Shown: positions 42,301 to 52,629, counted from the stretch's first letter. The stretch: 57,320 bases of DNA from Bacteroidales bacterium (GCA_046545795.1 JBKGZD010000001.1:1-57320), one strand, 5' to 3'. The notes: generated by a model from the sequence alone, not told the origin. Program-made: numbers and translations.

Positions 42301-45300
42301 ATAATGCGGGAAATTTCAACAACAGATTTCGAAGAATCCAATGTTGAATATATTGAGTTTTGGCTGATGGATCCTTTCGTATATGATTCAACGAACACAA
42401 ATGATGGTAATCTGTATTTTAATCTGGGTGACATCTCAGAAGATATTCTGAAAGATTCCAGGAAAAGTTTTGAACATGGATTACCGCCTCCAGATGAAAT
42501 GAATGAGGTAGACACAACAATGTGGGGAAGAGTTCCTAGCTCACAATCAATGGTAACAGCATTCGACAACGACCCGGAAGTAAGGCAATATCAGGACATT
42601 GGACTTGATGGTCTGTCCAACGAAGATGAATACAGCTTTTTTGGTGAAGACCATGGTTACCTTGATTCACTACGAAATGTGCTGGATCCCGAAGTTTTTG
42701 AAGAAAAATATGGTGGAAATCCCGAAGAAAGTGATATAGCTAATGACGACTACCACTACTACAGGGGTAGTGACTATGATGCTGAACGACGAGGAATAAT
42801 CGAAAGATATAAAAATTATAATAATCCTGACGGCAACTCTCCAACTGATGAGCAATCACCAGAAAACTACCCAACCAGTGGAAAAACACAACCTGATGTT
42901 GAAGATATTAATCAGGACAACACTCTGGATGAAAACGAAAGTTATTATCAATATAAAGTCCCCCTGGACCCGGAAGAGATGGAAGTTGGGCAAAACTATA
43001 TCATTGACAAAGTTACCCGGAATGTCGATCTGGCCAACGGGGAAAAGTCAAAAGTTACCTGGTATCAATTCCGCATACCCGTGAGAGATCCAGATAAAAG
43101 GGTTGGGGCTATAAGGGACTTTAACTCTATAAAATACATGAGAATGTTTTTGCGTGGATTTCAAGACTCTGTCATCCTCCGTTTTGCAAAATTAAACCTG
43201 GTGCGAGGGGAATGGAGGCAATACACCAAAGCCCTCAATGAAGCAGGGGAAGATTTATCGGCACCTGAATATACAGAAGGTAATCTAAACATATCTGCTG
43301 TGAATATAGAAGAAAATGCAGACAAAACACCTGTCAACTATGTTTTGCCTCCTGGTATTGACAGGGTAACTGACCCAACCAATCCTCAATTAAGGCAACT
43401 AAATGAACAAGCTATTGTTTTCAAGGTAAATAATCTTGAGGATGGTGACGCTCGGGCTGCCTTCAAAAATGTAAACCTGGATGTAAGACAATACAACAAG
43501 ATTAAAATGTTCTTACATGCTGAAGCATTTGAAGAAGAGCAATTACAAGATGGTGATTTAAGGGCTTTTATAAGATTGGGAACAGATTACCGAAACAACT
43601 ACTATGAATATGAAATTCCCCTCAAAGTGACTTCTCCCGGACGATACAGTAATGATAGTGAAAGTGACCGTCATACAGTATGGCCCAATGAGATGGTTAT
43701 CGATCTGAATGCACTGCCAAAAATAAAACTACAACGAAATAATGCAATCGGCGAAAGTTCTAATATCAATTTTCAAACCATTTATAGCATAATACAAGAT
43801 GATGCAAGAATATCGGTAAGAGGAAACCCTAACCTTAGCGATGTTAGAACAATTATGTTAGGTATTAGAAATCCGCACCAAAAAAACAATAGTGATTCAG
43901 ACGACGGTCTGAGAAAATCAGGGGAAATATGGATGAATGAATTACGATTATCAGATTTTAAGGAAGAAGGTGGATGGGCTGCACGCGGAAGGGTTAGTTC
44001 TCAGTTAGCAGATTTTGCAACAGTTAATTTTTCCGGTAACCTGAGCACACCTGGATTTGGAAGCATAGAACAAAAAGTGAATGAAAGAAGCAAGGAACAA
44101 GTAGCTCAGTATGACTTATCCACAAATCTTAATCTTGGTAAATTCTTTTCAGAAAAAATGGGTGTAAAAATACCCTTCTATATAGGCTTATCTGAGAATG
44201 TCATAACCCCCGAATACAACCCGATCAATCCTGATGTAAAACTAGATGATGCACTTAATGCCCAAGACACAAAAAGAGAAAAAGATTCAATAAAAAACAT
44301 TTCCCAGGATTATTCAAGCAGGAAAAGTATAAATTTCACTAACATTAGAATAAACCCCCAGGACCAAGACAAAAATCCAATATATGGTATTTCCAATTTT
44401 TCATTCAATTATGCATATAATGAAATGTTCAACCGGAACATCAACACAAAATATAATGTCATAAGAGACCATAAAGGAGGTGTAACTTATGACTACAATA
44501 CAAGACCCAAAAACATACAACCATTCAAAGGAGCAGGGGGAATCTTAAATAGCTCACTACTTAGACTCATCAAGGACTTCAACTTTTATTATATGCCCTC
44601 CTCTTTTTCTTTCAAAACCTCTGTTGAAAGGCATTATAATGCTTTTGAAAACAGGAATATCAATAATCCACAGTTGACCTACGAACCTAGCTTCAGCAAA
44701 GATTTCCTATGGGATAGGCAATACAGACTTCAATTTGACCTTACCCGGTCTATCAAATTAAATTATTCTGCGACAAACAGAGCAAGAATTGATGAACCCA
44801 GGGGAATAGTAGATAAAAATAAAGCACCCCAGAAATATGAGCAATGGAAAGACTCAGTCTACACAAACATCAGAAATTTTGGCCGTAATACAGATTTCCA
44901 GCAAAAATGGGACTTATCATACCGGGTTCCTATTAACAAAATACCCCTGTTAGACTGGGTAAATCTTTCTACGAACTATAATGGAACTTATAACTGGCAG
45001 GCAGGAGCAAACTTTTCAGATACAAGCGACATAAATATAGGGAATACTATAAGAAACTCGAATACACTACAATTAAACAGCCAGTTTAATTTAACAAACC
45101 TGTATAATAAAGTAGGATTTCTAAATGACATTAATAAAAAGCACCAAAGCCAGGGACAATCAAGTAAAAAAATCAAAACAGTAAAATATGAAGAAGATCA
45201 GCTGACATTTAAGGAGGGTGAACCCATTGAAATCAGGCATGATCTGAATACTGAAGAAATTCAGGCAAAAGCATATCAAAGCAATGGCAGAGAAATAGCA

Positions 45301-46818
45301 GGTAAAGTTGACGTTGTTAATCAACGAAAAATTACATTTACCCCTGATCAGGATGATGACAATGCAATGATTCGAATTCAGGGTGAAATAGAAGATAAAG
45401 ACAGTCCTTTAACCATTATTGCAGAAAATTTCGCACGGGTACTTATGGGTGTAAAAAATATATCAGTATCCTGGTCAAGAACCCAAGGCTCAGAATTACC
45501 TGGCTACAAACCTGGTACTAAGTATATGGGACTTACGCAAACAAATGATGAATTTGCTCCAGGAATACCCTTTATACTGGGATGGCAAAACGAAAATTTC
45601 GCAGACCTTGCAAGAGCTAATAACTGGATTACTGACGATCCAAGACTAAGCAGTCCCTTTTTATTAACTGAAACAGAAAACCTAAACTTACGCTCAACAA
45701 TTGAACCCATTCCGGGTATTCAAATTAATTTAAGCGGATCAAGAGTTAAATCAGACAACTCAAGAGAATATTACGTATATAATGACTCCATTGGCGGTAT
45801 TGAAAATTACGGTTTCCAGCAAGAAGGTAGTTTCTCAATGAGTTTTCTTACAATAGGAACAGCATTTGACAAAATCTCCCAGGAAAACAATTATCAGTCG
45901 AAAGCATTCAATAAATTCAGGGAATACAGGACAATCATTTCAAAGCGATTAGGGGAAAAACGTCAAAAAGAATGGGAGGAAGATTATAATCCAGGTAATG
46001 AGGAATATGCCGATGGTTATGGAAAAACAAGCCAGGATGTACTGGTTCCTGCTTTTCTATCAGCATATGGTGAATACAAACCACAAAATGCTCCCCTGGG
46101 AGTGTTTCCACAAATTCCCTTCCCTAATTGGAGAGTTAACTTCAATAAATTAAACCAGATTGATTTTGTCAAAAAAATCTTAAAAAATGTAAATATCAGT
46201 CATTCATACAAATCAACATACTCGCTTGGGTCATTTCTATATAACCAGGAATTTGACGATATTGAGCAAACTTTTGCTTCCCTGAGAGACCAACAAAATA
46301 ATTATGTAGCAAAATTTGATATTAACACAATATCAATCAATGAACAATTTAATCCTCTGATTAATTTTGATCTTACATGGCAAAATAATCTGACCACTAA
46401 ATTTCAACTGTCCAAATCACGGAAAGTAACATTAAGCCTGGCAAACAACCAGATAACAGAAACCTTAAGTGAAGAATATTCTGTAAGCATGGGATACAGA
46501 TTCGAAGATTTTAATTTAATAGTTGATTTTGGTGAGCAGGAACAAACAATGGAAAATGATCTAAATATAAAGACAAATTTCACTTTCAGAGAAAATTTAA
46601 CAATATTACGCAAGTTGGACGACGACGAAGAAGATAATCAAATTACTGCAGGACAAAAGAATATTGTAATTGGCGTGTCAGCTGATTATGCACTAAGTAA
46701 CAGATTTAATGTCAAGGCATTTTTTGACAGGAATGTAAACGAACCAAAAATTTCCCGCTCATACCCAACTGCAAACACTAATTTTGGATTTAGTTTACGA
46801 TTTAGTCTTTCTGAATAA
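39367..46818 (+). CDS. sprA: Type IX secretion system translocon SprA (Sov)
   Basis: 2483-aa ORF with an N-terminal signal peptide. It has the giant beta-barrel-type composition and the size and synteny (ruvA upstream) typical of SprA. The only in-frame start after an upstream TAA is TTG at 39367. Confidence 0.88.
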   Translation: MDLENYKITKTIIFVTLWALAIQAEAHNSFFQTNSLQESFPENDTIRLPYNFEDVEAFPFFQTKKKSPLFLDYPDNIESSSEYDTEKDEYILKQQIGEFDYRPPAHIDREQYWDYQFEQMVRDYWRQKASGGETSEEDEGLIPQLELGGEAFNRLFGSNTINIVPQGAAELIFGVNINRVDDPKLSEKLRKTTTFDFEERIQMNVSGTIGDKIKLGINYDTEATFDFENQTNLEYSGDEDEIIQEIEAGNVSLPLPGSLITGSQSLFGLKTKLKFGNLDVSTVFSQQEGQSQVIQLKGGAKTQDFEIKADEYDENRHFFLSHKFKENYDKALRNLPLVSSDIEITDVEVWVTNKKSNFENSRNIIAFMDLGEEKQENVLASDAIINNFSGSYPHNNANNLYEQLTSTSFEGIRNISETNKILEQWQQYDFQPGKDFVKLENARKLNENEYTINRKLGYISLKSALRKDEVLAVAYEYNTKGSQKKVGELSQDGVSSPEALIVKMIKGTSFTPKYPNWELMMKNIYSIDGYEINKEGFKMDILYQDDRTGNTINYIPEGKSSETLLLQVMNLDNTNSQLDANPDGMFDFIPGVTILPEDGKIIFPVREPFGSHLKKQFENEAIAEKYIFEELYDSTLTIARQTTEKNKFILQGEYESSSSSEISLNATNIPEGSVVVTAGGRKLTENEDYTVDYNLGRVKILDESLIQSSTPIQISLENQESHSMQKKTMTGTHLNYNVSEDFKIGATVLNLTERPLTKKVNISEEPISNTIWGLNTSYRTETPFLTKLIDKLPFLDTKEESSISFEGEFAHLIPGHSKAIEKEGNAYIDDFEGSETSIDLKNPSAWVFASTPQGQNEIFPEGSKNNDWAYNYNRAKLAWYHIDPLFLRENSPNMPQYIKSNPDLRSSHFVREIFEEELFPNRDNPADIPASIQVLNLAYFPDEKGPYNFEHSSTGEIGISSGINPDESLKKPESRWGGIMREISTTDFEESNVEYIEFWLMDPFVYDSTNTNDGNLYFNLGDISEDILKDSRKSFEHGLPPPDEMNEVDTTMWGRVPSSQSMVTAFDNDPEVRQYQDIGLDGLSNEDEYSFFGEDHGYLDSLRNVLDPEVFEEKYGGNPEESDIANDDYHYYRGSDYDAERRGIIERYKNYNNPDGNSPTDEQSPENYPTSGKTQPDVEDINQDNTLDENESYYQYKVPLDPEEMEVGQNYIIDKVTRNVDLANGEKSKVTWYQFRIPVRDPDKRVGAIRDFNSIKYMRMFLRGFQDSVILRFAKLNLVRGEWRQYTKALNEAGEDLSAPEYTEGNLNISAVNIEENADKTPVNYVLPPGIDRVTDPTNPQLRQLNEQAIVFKVNNLEDGDARAAFKNVNLDVRQYNKIKMFLHAEAFEEEQLQDGDLRAFIRLGTDYRNNYYEYEIPLKVTSPGRYSNDSESDRHTVWPNEMVIDLNALPKIKLQRNNAIGESSNINFQTIYSIIQDDARISVRGNPNLSDVRTIMLGIRNPHQKNNSDSDDGLRKSGEIWMNELRLSDFKEEGGWAARGRVSSQLADFATVNFSGNLSTPGFGSIEQKVNERSKEQVAQYDLSTNLNLGKFFSEKMGVKIPFYIGLSENVITPEYNPINPDVKLDDALNAQDTKREKDSIKNISQDYSSRKSINFTNIRINPQDQDKNPIYGISNFSFNYAYNEMFNRNINTKYNVIRDHKGGVTYDYNTRPKNIQPFKGAGGILNSSLLRLIKDFNFYYMPSSFSFKTSVERHYNAFENRNINNPQLTYEPSFSKDFLWDRQYRLQFDLTRSIKLNYSATNRARIDEPRGIVDKNKAPQKYEQWKDSVYTNIRNFGRNTDFQQKWDLSYRVPINKIPLLDWVNLSTNYNGTYNWQAGANFSDTSDINIGNTIRNSNTLQLNSQFNLTNLYNKVGFLNDINKKHQSQGQSSKKIKTVKYEEDQLTFKEGEPIEIRHDLNTEEIQAKAYQSNGREIAGKVDVVNQRKITFTPDQDDDNAMIRIQGEIEDKDSPLTIIAENFARVLMGVKNISVSWSRTQGSELPGYKPGTKYMGLTQTNDEFAPGIPFILGWQNENFADLARANNWITDDPRLSSPFLLTETENLNLRSTIEPIPGIQINLSGSRVKSDNSREYYVYNDSIGGIENYGFQQEGSFSMSFLTIGTAFDKISQENNYQSKAFNKFREYRTIISKRLGEKRQKEWEEDYNPGNEEYADGYGKTSQDVLVPAFLSAYGEYKPQNAPLGVFPQIPFPNWRVNFNKLNQIDFVKKILKNVNISHSYKSTYSLGSFLYNQEFDDIEQTFASLRDQQNNYVAKFDINTISINEQFNPLINFDLTWQNNLTTKFQLSKSRKVTLSLANNQITETLSEEYSVSMGYRFEDFNLIVDFGEQEQTMENDLNIKTNFTFRENLTILRKLDDDEEDNQITAGQKNIVIGVSADYALSNRFNVKAFFDRNVNEPKISRSYPTANTNFGFSLRFSLSE

Positions 46819-46882
46819 TTTTGTTTAAAGAAAAAATTATGTATTTTTGGACTATTATTGTTTATCATAAAAAAAATTAGCT

Positions 46883-47263
46883 ATGAACATTCCCGAAAAT
46901 CTAAAGTATACCAAAGATCACGAATGGGTCAAAGTCGAAGGAGATGAAGTTCTTATCGGTATTACTGACTATGCTCAGAATGAGTTAGGTGATATTGTTT
47001 TTATTGAAATTGAAACAGAAGGAGAAACTTTAGAAAAAGAAGAAGTATTTGGAACAGTTGAAGCAGTTAAGACAGTTTCTGACATTTACATGCCTGTATC
47101 AGGAGAAGTTACTGAAGTGAACCCAAAGCTTGAGGATTCTCCGGAAATTGTTAACAAAGACCCTTACGGCGAAGGCTGGTTAATCAAAGTAAAAATCAAC
47201 AATCAATCTGAATTGGATGATTTACTTAGCGCTGACAAGTACAAAGAACTAATTGAATCTTAG
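46883..47263 (+). CDS. gcvH: Glycine cleavage system protein H
   Basis: 126-aa ORF with the lipoyl-lysine context VEAVKTVSD and the N-terminus YTKDHEWVKVEGD. Confidence 0.95.
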   Translation: MNIPENLKYTKDHEWVKVEGDEVLIGITDYAQNELGDIVFIEIETEGETLEKEEVFGTVEAVKTVSDIYMPVSGEVTEVNPKLEDSPEIVNKDPYGEGWLIKVKINNQSELDDLLSADKYKELIES

Positions 47264-47281
47264 GTAAAAGTTTTATTCAAG

Positions 47282-47317
47282 AAAAAAGGTGCTGCACAAA
47301 ACAGCACCTTTTTTTTT
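47282..47317. terminator. Bidirectional rho-independent terminator between convergent gcvH and infB
   Basis: A6-GGTGCTG-cacaaaa-CAGCACC-T9: a perfect 7-bp GC-rich stem flanked by an A-tract and a T-tract, so it reads as hairpin plus U-run on both strands. Confidence 0.75.
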
Positions 47318-47344
47318 ACCCAATATTCAGGTTTTATTTGGCTT

Positions 47345-50300
47345 TTATTTTGTTTCTAAAGTCTTCTTTACTTCAACTTCTTTGTAACCTTCAATCATGT
47401 CACCCACTTTAACATCGTTAAAGTTTTTCACATTCAATCCGCACTCGTATCCTTCCCTTACCTCTTTGACATCATCTTTAAAACGTTTTAATGACTCAAG
47501 TTCTCCTGTATAGATTACAATACCATCCCTTATCACTCTAACTTTTGAGTTTCTCTCGAGCTTACCCTCTCTAACAATACATCCGGCAACAGTACCTACC
47601 TTCTTAATTTTAAAGGTATTTTTCACCTCTGCTGCTCCAGTAATTTCTTCTTTAATCTCAGGTGAGAGCATACCCTCCATCGCATCTTTCAAATCATTAA
47701 TAGCATCGTAAATAACAGAATATAATCGTATATCGATTTGCTCCTTACCGGCTAATTTTCTAGCTGCGGAAGAAGGTCTTACCTGAAACCCAATCACAAC
47801 AGCATTCGAAGCCGCGGCAAGAAGGATATCTGATTCTGTGATCTGACCTACCCCTTTATGAATGATATTTACCTGAATTTCTTCAGTACTTAATTTGGAA
47901 AATGCATCTGCCAATGCTTCAATAGAACCATCCACATCACCTTTCACTACAAGGTTTACCTCTTTAAAGTTACCAATAGCAATTCTTCTTCCAATCTCAT
48001 CAAGAGTAATATGTTTTTGTGTTCTCATTGACTGTTCACGTTCAAGCTGAGAGCGTTTATTAGCTATGTCTTTAGCCTCTTTCTCTGAATCCATAACATT
48101 AAACTTATCACCTGCCTGCGGTGCACCATGCAAACCTAAGAGCTGTACAGGCTGAGATGGGCCTGCTCTACCAATTTCTTTGCCTCTTTCATTATACATA
48201 GCCTTAACACGTCCCATATGACTACCAGCCAGTATAACATCACCGACTTTCATACTTCCTGCCTGAACAAGCACATTACAGATGTAACCTCTACCATGAT
48301 CTAACCATGATTCAACCACAGTTCCTACGGCTTTTTTATTCGGGTTTGCCTTTAATTCTAGTATTTCTGACTCAAGTAAAACTTTCTCTAGGAGCTCTTC
48401 AATATTTTCACCCCCTTTTGCTGAAATATCTTGTGATTGATACTTTCCACCCCAATCTTCAACAAGATAATTCATATTTGCAAGTTCTTCTTTGATCCGC
48501 TCAGGATTTGCACCCGGTTTATCAATCTTGTTAATAGCAAAAATGATTGGTACTCCTGCAGCCGAAGCATGGTTAATCGCCTCGACAGTTTGGGGCATTA
48601 TGTTATCATCAGCAGCTATCACAATAATAGACACATCAGTAAGCTGAGCTCCCCTTGCTCTCATAGCTGTAAATGCTTCATGACCCGGTGTATCAAGGAA
48701 TGTTATCCTTTTGCCGTTATCCAGTGTAACTCGATAGGCGCCAATGTGCTGTGTAATTCCTCCTGCTTCACCAGCAATCACATTGGCTTTTCTTATATAG
48801 TCAAGCAATGAGGTTTTCCCGTGATCAACGTGTCCCATAACTGTAACTATAGGATCGCGTGGTTCTAAATCTTCTTCTGAATCTTCTTCCTCCTCAATGG
48901 TTTCCTGTACATCAACGCTTACAAACTCTACTTTATAATTGTATTCATCAGCCACAAGAGCCATTGTTTCGGCATCAAGACGTTGGTTAATAGATACCAA
49001 CAAACCTAAATTCATACAGGTTTGAATTACATCCGTAACAGAAACATTCATCATCGCTGCAAGTTCTTTCACGGAGACAAATTCGGTTACTTTCAGAACA
49101 TTTTGTTCTTCTTCATGTTTCTTCTCTTCTTCTTTTTGCTTCTGGCTAATGGCCTGTCGTTTTTCCCGCCTGTATTTTGCAGCTTTTGATTTGCCTTTAC
49201 TTTCCAACCTGGAAAGTGTTTCTTTTATTTGCTTTTGAACATCCTCTTCATTTATCTCATTTCGAACAGGTTTTTTCTTCTTCTTTTTCTTTGAAGGAGC
49301 AGCTTTATCCTTTTCTTTAGATCCTTGTTGCTGCTTTTTATTCGAGAATTTCACCTTCTCTTTGTCCTTATGTATGCGCTTACGTTTCTTTTTGCGCGGA
49401 CTTCCTTTCTCATCCTTTTCAGCTTCTGCATCTTCTCCTTTTCCTTTAGCTGGTTCCTTTGGCTTACTGGTTTTTTTATTTTTGTCTTCTTCTTTCTTTT
49501 TCCTTTCCTCTTCTCTCTCCGCTCTGCTTTTTCTATCAGGACGGGTTTTTTGATTTAAGGAATCCAGATCAATTTTACCTACAACCTTAATTGTCTCTTC
49601 CTGGTTTTTCTCAGCCTCAATTATTGCTCCTTTGGGTAGCTCCTCTGTTTCTTCTTCAATTTTTTTCTCATCAGTATAAGTTGGTTCTTCCTCTACATCT
49701 TTTGATTCTTCTCCCTGAGCAACAACTTCGTCATTCTCGCTTTTTGCTTCCTCATCGTGGGATATTTTTTCTTCCTTCTCCGTACTCGCCTTACTGACTT
49801 CTTTTTCCTCAGATTCCTTAGCTTTTTCCTCCTCTTTTTCTTCGGTTTTCTTCTTATCGGTTTCTTTCTTGTTTAAAGCATCCAAATCTATCTTACCCAC
49901 AACTTTAGGTTCTTTCTCGGGCTTTTGTTCTTTTTCAGTTGTTTGCTCTTTTTCTTCCTCTTTTGCAGATTTAGTTTGTTTCTTACTCTCTTCCTGTTTT
50001 TGTTTATCTATCTTATGTTCCTTTTCTTCCTCCTCTGCTTCATCTTTTTTTTCTGATTCAGCAGCTACTTGACCACTCACATCTTTGATAATAATTTCAT
50101 CCTCAGAGGAATCTTCTTCCCCTTCACTTTCACCTTCCTCTTCCTCAACATCGCTGATAGATACAGTACTTTCTTCACTATAATGACCTAAACTAATCTT
50201 TTCAGATTCCTTTTTAACATCAATATCTGAACTATATTCTTTTACAAGTAAATCATATTGCTCGGGTGTAACTTTGGCATTAGGGTTGGGACTAACATCA

Positions 50301-50398
50301 TACCCCTTCTTCTTGAGAAAATCCACAATCGTGGATATCCCCACATTAAACTCTCTCGCTAATTTACTCAGTCTTGTAACTTTTTTATCTTTTGCCAT
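47345..50398 (-). CDS. infB: Translation initiation factor IF-2
   Basis: GTPase core ([28 protein letters not shown]) plus two IF2_N-like segments. The start was chosen at [10 protein letters not shown] (ATG at 50398). The tracked ORF begins 5 codons earlier, at 50413. Confidence 0.93.
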   Translation of the reverse strand: MAKDKKVTRLSKLAREFNVGISTIVDFLKKKGYDVSPNPNAKVTPEQYDLLVKEYSSDIDVKKESEKISLGHYSEESTVSISDVEEEEGESEGEEDSSEDEIIIKDVSGQVAAESEKKDEAEEEEKEHKIDKQKQEESKKQTKSAKEEEKEQTTEKEQKPEKEPKVVGKIDLDALNKKETDKKKTEEKEEEKAKESEEKEVSKASTEKEEKISHDEEAKSENDEVVAQGEESKDVEEEPTYTDEKKIEEETEELPKGAIIEAEKNQEETIKVVGKIDLDSLNQKTRPDRKSRAEREEERKKKEEDKNKKTSKPKEPAKGKGEDAEAEKDEKGSPRKKKRKRIHKDKEKVKFSNKKQQQGSKEKDKAAPSKKKKKKKPVRNEINEEDVQKQIKETLSRLESKGKSKAAKYRREKRQAISQKQKEEEKKHEEEQNVLKVTEFVSVKELAAMMNVSVTDVIQTCMNLGLLVSINQRLDAETMALVADEYNYKVEFVSVDVQETIEEEEDSEEDLEPRDPIVTVMGHVDHGKTSLLDYIRKANVIAGEAGGITQHIGAYRVTLDNGKRITFLDTPGHEAFTAMRARGAQLTDVSIIVIAADDNIMPQTVEAINHASAAGVPIIFAINKIDKPGANPERIKEELANMNYLVEDWGGKYQSQDISAKGGENIEELLEKVLLESEILELKANPNKKAVGTVVESWLDHGRGYICNVLVQAGSMKVGDVILAGSHMGRVKAMYNERGKEIGRAGPSQPVQLLGLHGAPQAGDKFNVMDSEKEAKDIANKRSQLEREQSMRTQKHITLDEIGRRIAIGNFKEVNLVVKGDVDGSIEALADAFSKLSTEEIQVNIIHKGVGQITESDILLAAASNAVVIGFQVRPSSAARKLAGKEQIDIRLYSVIYDAINDLKDAMEGMLSPEIKEEITGAAEVKNTFKIKKVGTVAGCIVREGKLERNSKVRVIRDGIVIYTGELESLKRFKDDVKEVREGYECGLNVKNFNDVKVGDMIEGYKEVEVKKTLETK

Positions 50399-50456
50399 AT
50401 AATAACCCCACAAATTTATCTTTAATAATTCGCTAAATTATAATTTATCTGTTAAT

Positions 50457-51692
50457 TTATTCAAATTCTGATTTAAAAATTTCGAGTATATCATCAATGG
50501 TTTCCTCTTCCAAATCAGTTCGTCTTTCTAATTCAGCTTTGCTTAACTCCAATACGCTTTTTGCTGTATCTAGCCCCACAGATTTGAGAATATCAATTAT
50601 CCATTGATCGATTTCATCAGAGAACTCATCAATACTAACATCTTCTTCATCTTCAACAGCTTCTCTGTATACATCAATTTCATAACCTGTTAGCTGGCTG
50701 GCTAATTTTATATTTAAGCCACCTTTACCAATGGCAAGTGAAACTTCCTCAGGATCCAGAAATACTTCAGCCTTTTTCTCTTCTTCATTAAATTTAATAG
50801 AATTAATTTTTGCAGGACTCAGGGCCCTCTGGATATATAACTGAAGGTTATTGGTATAATTAATTACATCAATGTTTTCATTTCGCAATTCCCTAACAAT
50901 ACCATGAATTCTTGAACCTTTCATACCTACACATGAACCTACGGGGTCTATTCTGTCATCATAAGACTCAACAGCAACCTTAGCTTTTTCTCCCGGAGCT
51001 CTAACAATCTTTTTTATTGTAATTAAGCCATCATAGATTTCAGGAACTTCAAACTCAAACAATCGCTCCAGAAAAACCGGTGATGTCCGGGAAATAATAA
51101 CAAGCGGAGTATTGTTTTTCATTTCCACCCTCACTACTACAGCCCTTATCAAATCACCTTTTCTAAAGTGATCAGAAGGAATTTGCTCTTCTCTTGGTAA
51201 AATCAACTCATTACCTTCATCATCCAGCACGAGTATTTCTCTTTTCCACACTTGGTATACCTCTCCACTAACAATCTGACCAATTCGTTTTTTATATTTA
51301 TTAAAGATAAGGTTTCGTTCCAGTTCCAGAATCTTCGATGTCAAATGTTGCCTCAAAGAAAGGATTGAACGTCGCCCGAAGTGCTCTATCTTCACCTCAT
51401 CCGTCACTTCTTCTCCTACCTCATAATCCTCATCTATTTTCTTTGCTTCTGAGATTGCAATCTGAAGATTTTCATCTTCTACTTCACCGTCTTCAACAAC
51501 CTCTCGATTCCTCCATATTTCAAAATCGCCTTTATCTATATTGATGATAATATCAAAATTCTCATCAGTACCATATTTTTTGACAAGAGCTTTTCTGAAA
51601 ACCTCCTCCAGCACATTCATCATCGTTGCCCTGTCTATATTTTTCAGTTCTTTGAACTCCTTAAAAGTATCAAACATATTCAGATTATCCAT
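50457..51692 (-). CDS. nusA: Transcription termination/antitermination factor NusA
   Basis: 411-aa ORF with S1 and KH domains (GEVYQV..., VGSCVGMKGSRIHGIVREL, AIGKGGLNIKLAS). Confidence 0.95.
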   Translation of the reverse strand: MDNLNMFDTFKEFKELKNIDRATMMNVLEEVFRKALVKKYGTDENFDIIINIDKGDFEIWRNREVVEDGEVEDENLQIAISEAKKIDEDYEVGEEVTDEVKIEHFGRRSILSLRQHLTSKILELERNLIFNKYKKRIGQIVSGEVYQVWKREILVLDDEGNELILPREEQIPSDHFRKGDLIRAVVVRVEMKNNTPLVIISRTSPVFLERLFEFEVPEIYDGLITIKKIVRAPGEKAKVAVESYDDRIDPVGSCVGMKGSRIHGIVRELRNENIDVINYTNNLQLYIQRALSPAKINSIKFNEEEKKAEVFLDPEEVSLAIGKGGLNIKLASQLTGYEIDVYREAVEDEEDVSIDEFSDEIDQWIIDILKSVGLDTAKSVLELSKAELERRTDLEEETIDDILEIFKSEFE

Positions 51693-51706
51693 TTCTCACA
51701 AGTGTT

Positions 51707-52165
51707 TTAGAATGTAATTACTAGTTTTGTTTTTTTTATTTCTTTAGTATTAATTCGTTTTTCTGTTATAATTGTTTTTCTTTTCTTGCCTTTTTCTTTT
51801 ATTGTCTCTTTCTGTTCAATTTGTAGTTCTCCAGGCGAATATTTTTTTAAAACACCTTTAACTTTATCCCCATCTATTAATAAAACTTCCACTTCCTTCC
51901 CAATATTTTTTTCATATTGCTCTTTAACCTTAAAAGGTGCTGTCAAGCCGGGAGAAGTAACTTCTACTGTATAATCATCTAAAGCCCCTGCAAATTTATT
52001 TTTCAACTGTCGGGTAATGGCAACACAATCGTCAATTCTGAAATTCTCATATCCATCAACAACAACTTTTATCTTGTCATTTTTGATAGAGACTTCTACA
52101 ACAAAATACTGATTCTTATCAAGTATTTCCTCCAGCACTTCTTCTATTCTATTAACATCAACCAT
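51707..52165 (-). CDS. rimP: Ribosome maturation factor RimP
   Basis: 152-aa ORF immediately upstream of nusA, with RimP-like sequence (VEVTSPGLTAPFK). Confidence 0.88.
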   Translation of the reverse strand: MVDVNRIEEVLEEILDKNQYFVVEVSIKNDKIKVVVDGYENFRIDDCVAITRQLKNKFAGALDDYTVEVTSPGLTAPFKVKEQYEKNIGKEVEVLLIDGDKVKGVLKKYSPGELQIEQKETIKEKGKKRKTIITEKRINTKEIKKTKLVITF

Positions 52166-52187
52166 TCTATTGCTTATTGCAGGATAC

Positions 52188-52210
52188 GAAAAAAGGGGAC
52201 TCTGTCCCCT
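52188..52210 (-). terminator. Intrinsic-terminator-like hairpin in the rimP-nusA-infB 5' leader (candidate attenuator)
   Basis: Minus-strand RNA AGGGGAC-AGA-GUCCCCU forms a perfect 7-bp stem followed by U5-6. The run ends 23 nt before the rimP ATG, and no minus-strand ORF lies upstream of it. Confidence 0.5.
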
Positions 52211-52235
52211 ACCACTTTCCCCGTTTTAATTTCTG

Positions 52236-52266
52236 CAAAAATATAAATTATCTAATTAATAGACAA
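52236..52266 (-). promoter_or_regulatory. Candidate promoter for rimP-nusA-infB (TTG-N20-TATTTTTG)
   Basis: On the minus strand, TTG, a 20-nt spacer, then TATTTTTG, which matches TAnnTTTG. It lies about 25 nt upstream of the leader hairpin. This is a motif match only. Confidence 0.3.
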
Positions 52267-52629
52267 GTATAGATCGAAAATAATTATAAATCCATGAAAC
52301 GTACATGATAAAATATACATTAATCTTACAAAAGGGAATGTTTATTTTATCATGGTATGTTCCATATGACCGTTGAAAAATAAATCGACCAACAGAATAA
52401 AAAAACTTCTTATCGGTAAAAAATATTGTACCAGTGCAAAAGAAATAATCATCTAATTTTTAAGACATTATTCAAAAAAGTATAAAAAATATTTTTTGAC
52501 AAATTTAAACATATCCCTGCTATATATTTTATTACATTTGTTTGTCAATCAAGAGTAAAATCTGCATAATTTTTCAATAAATAATCTTGCTATAAATATC
52601 TACAGCAGAATATGTAAAACTTTTTATTC

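Noticed and set aside
46883-47263. gcvH as a functional partner of the HydF-like gene. Lipoyl-H-protein has been implicated in synthesis of the dithiomethylamine ligand.
   Set aside because: gcvH lies about 10 kb away on the opposite strand, downstream of sprA and followed by a strong terminator. It is a universal housekeeping gene, so proximity here is most likely coincidental.
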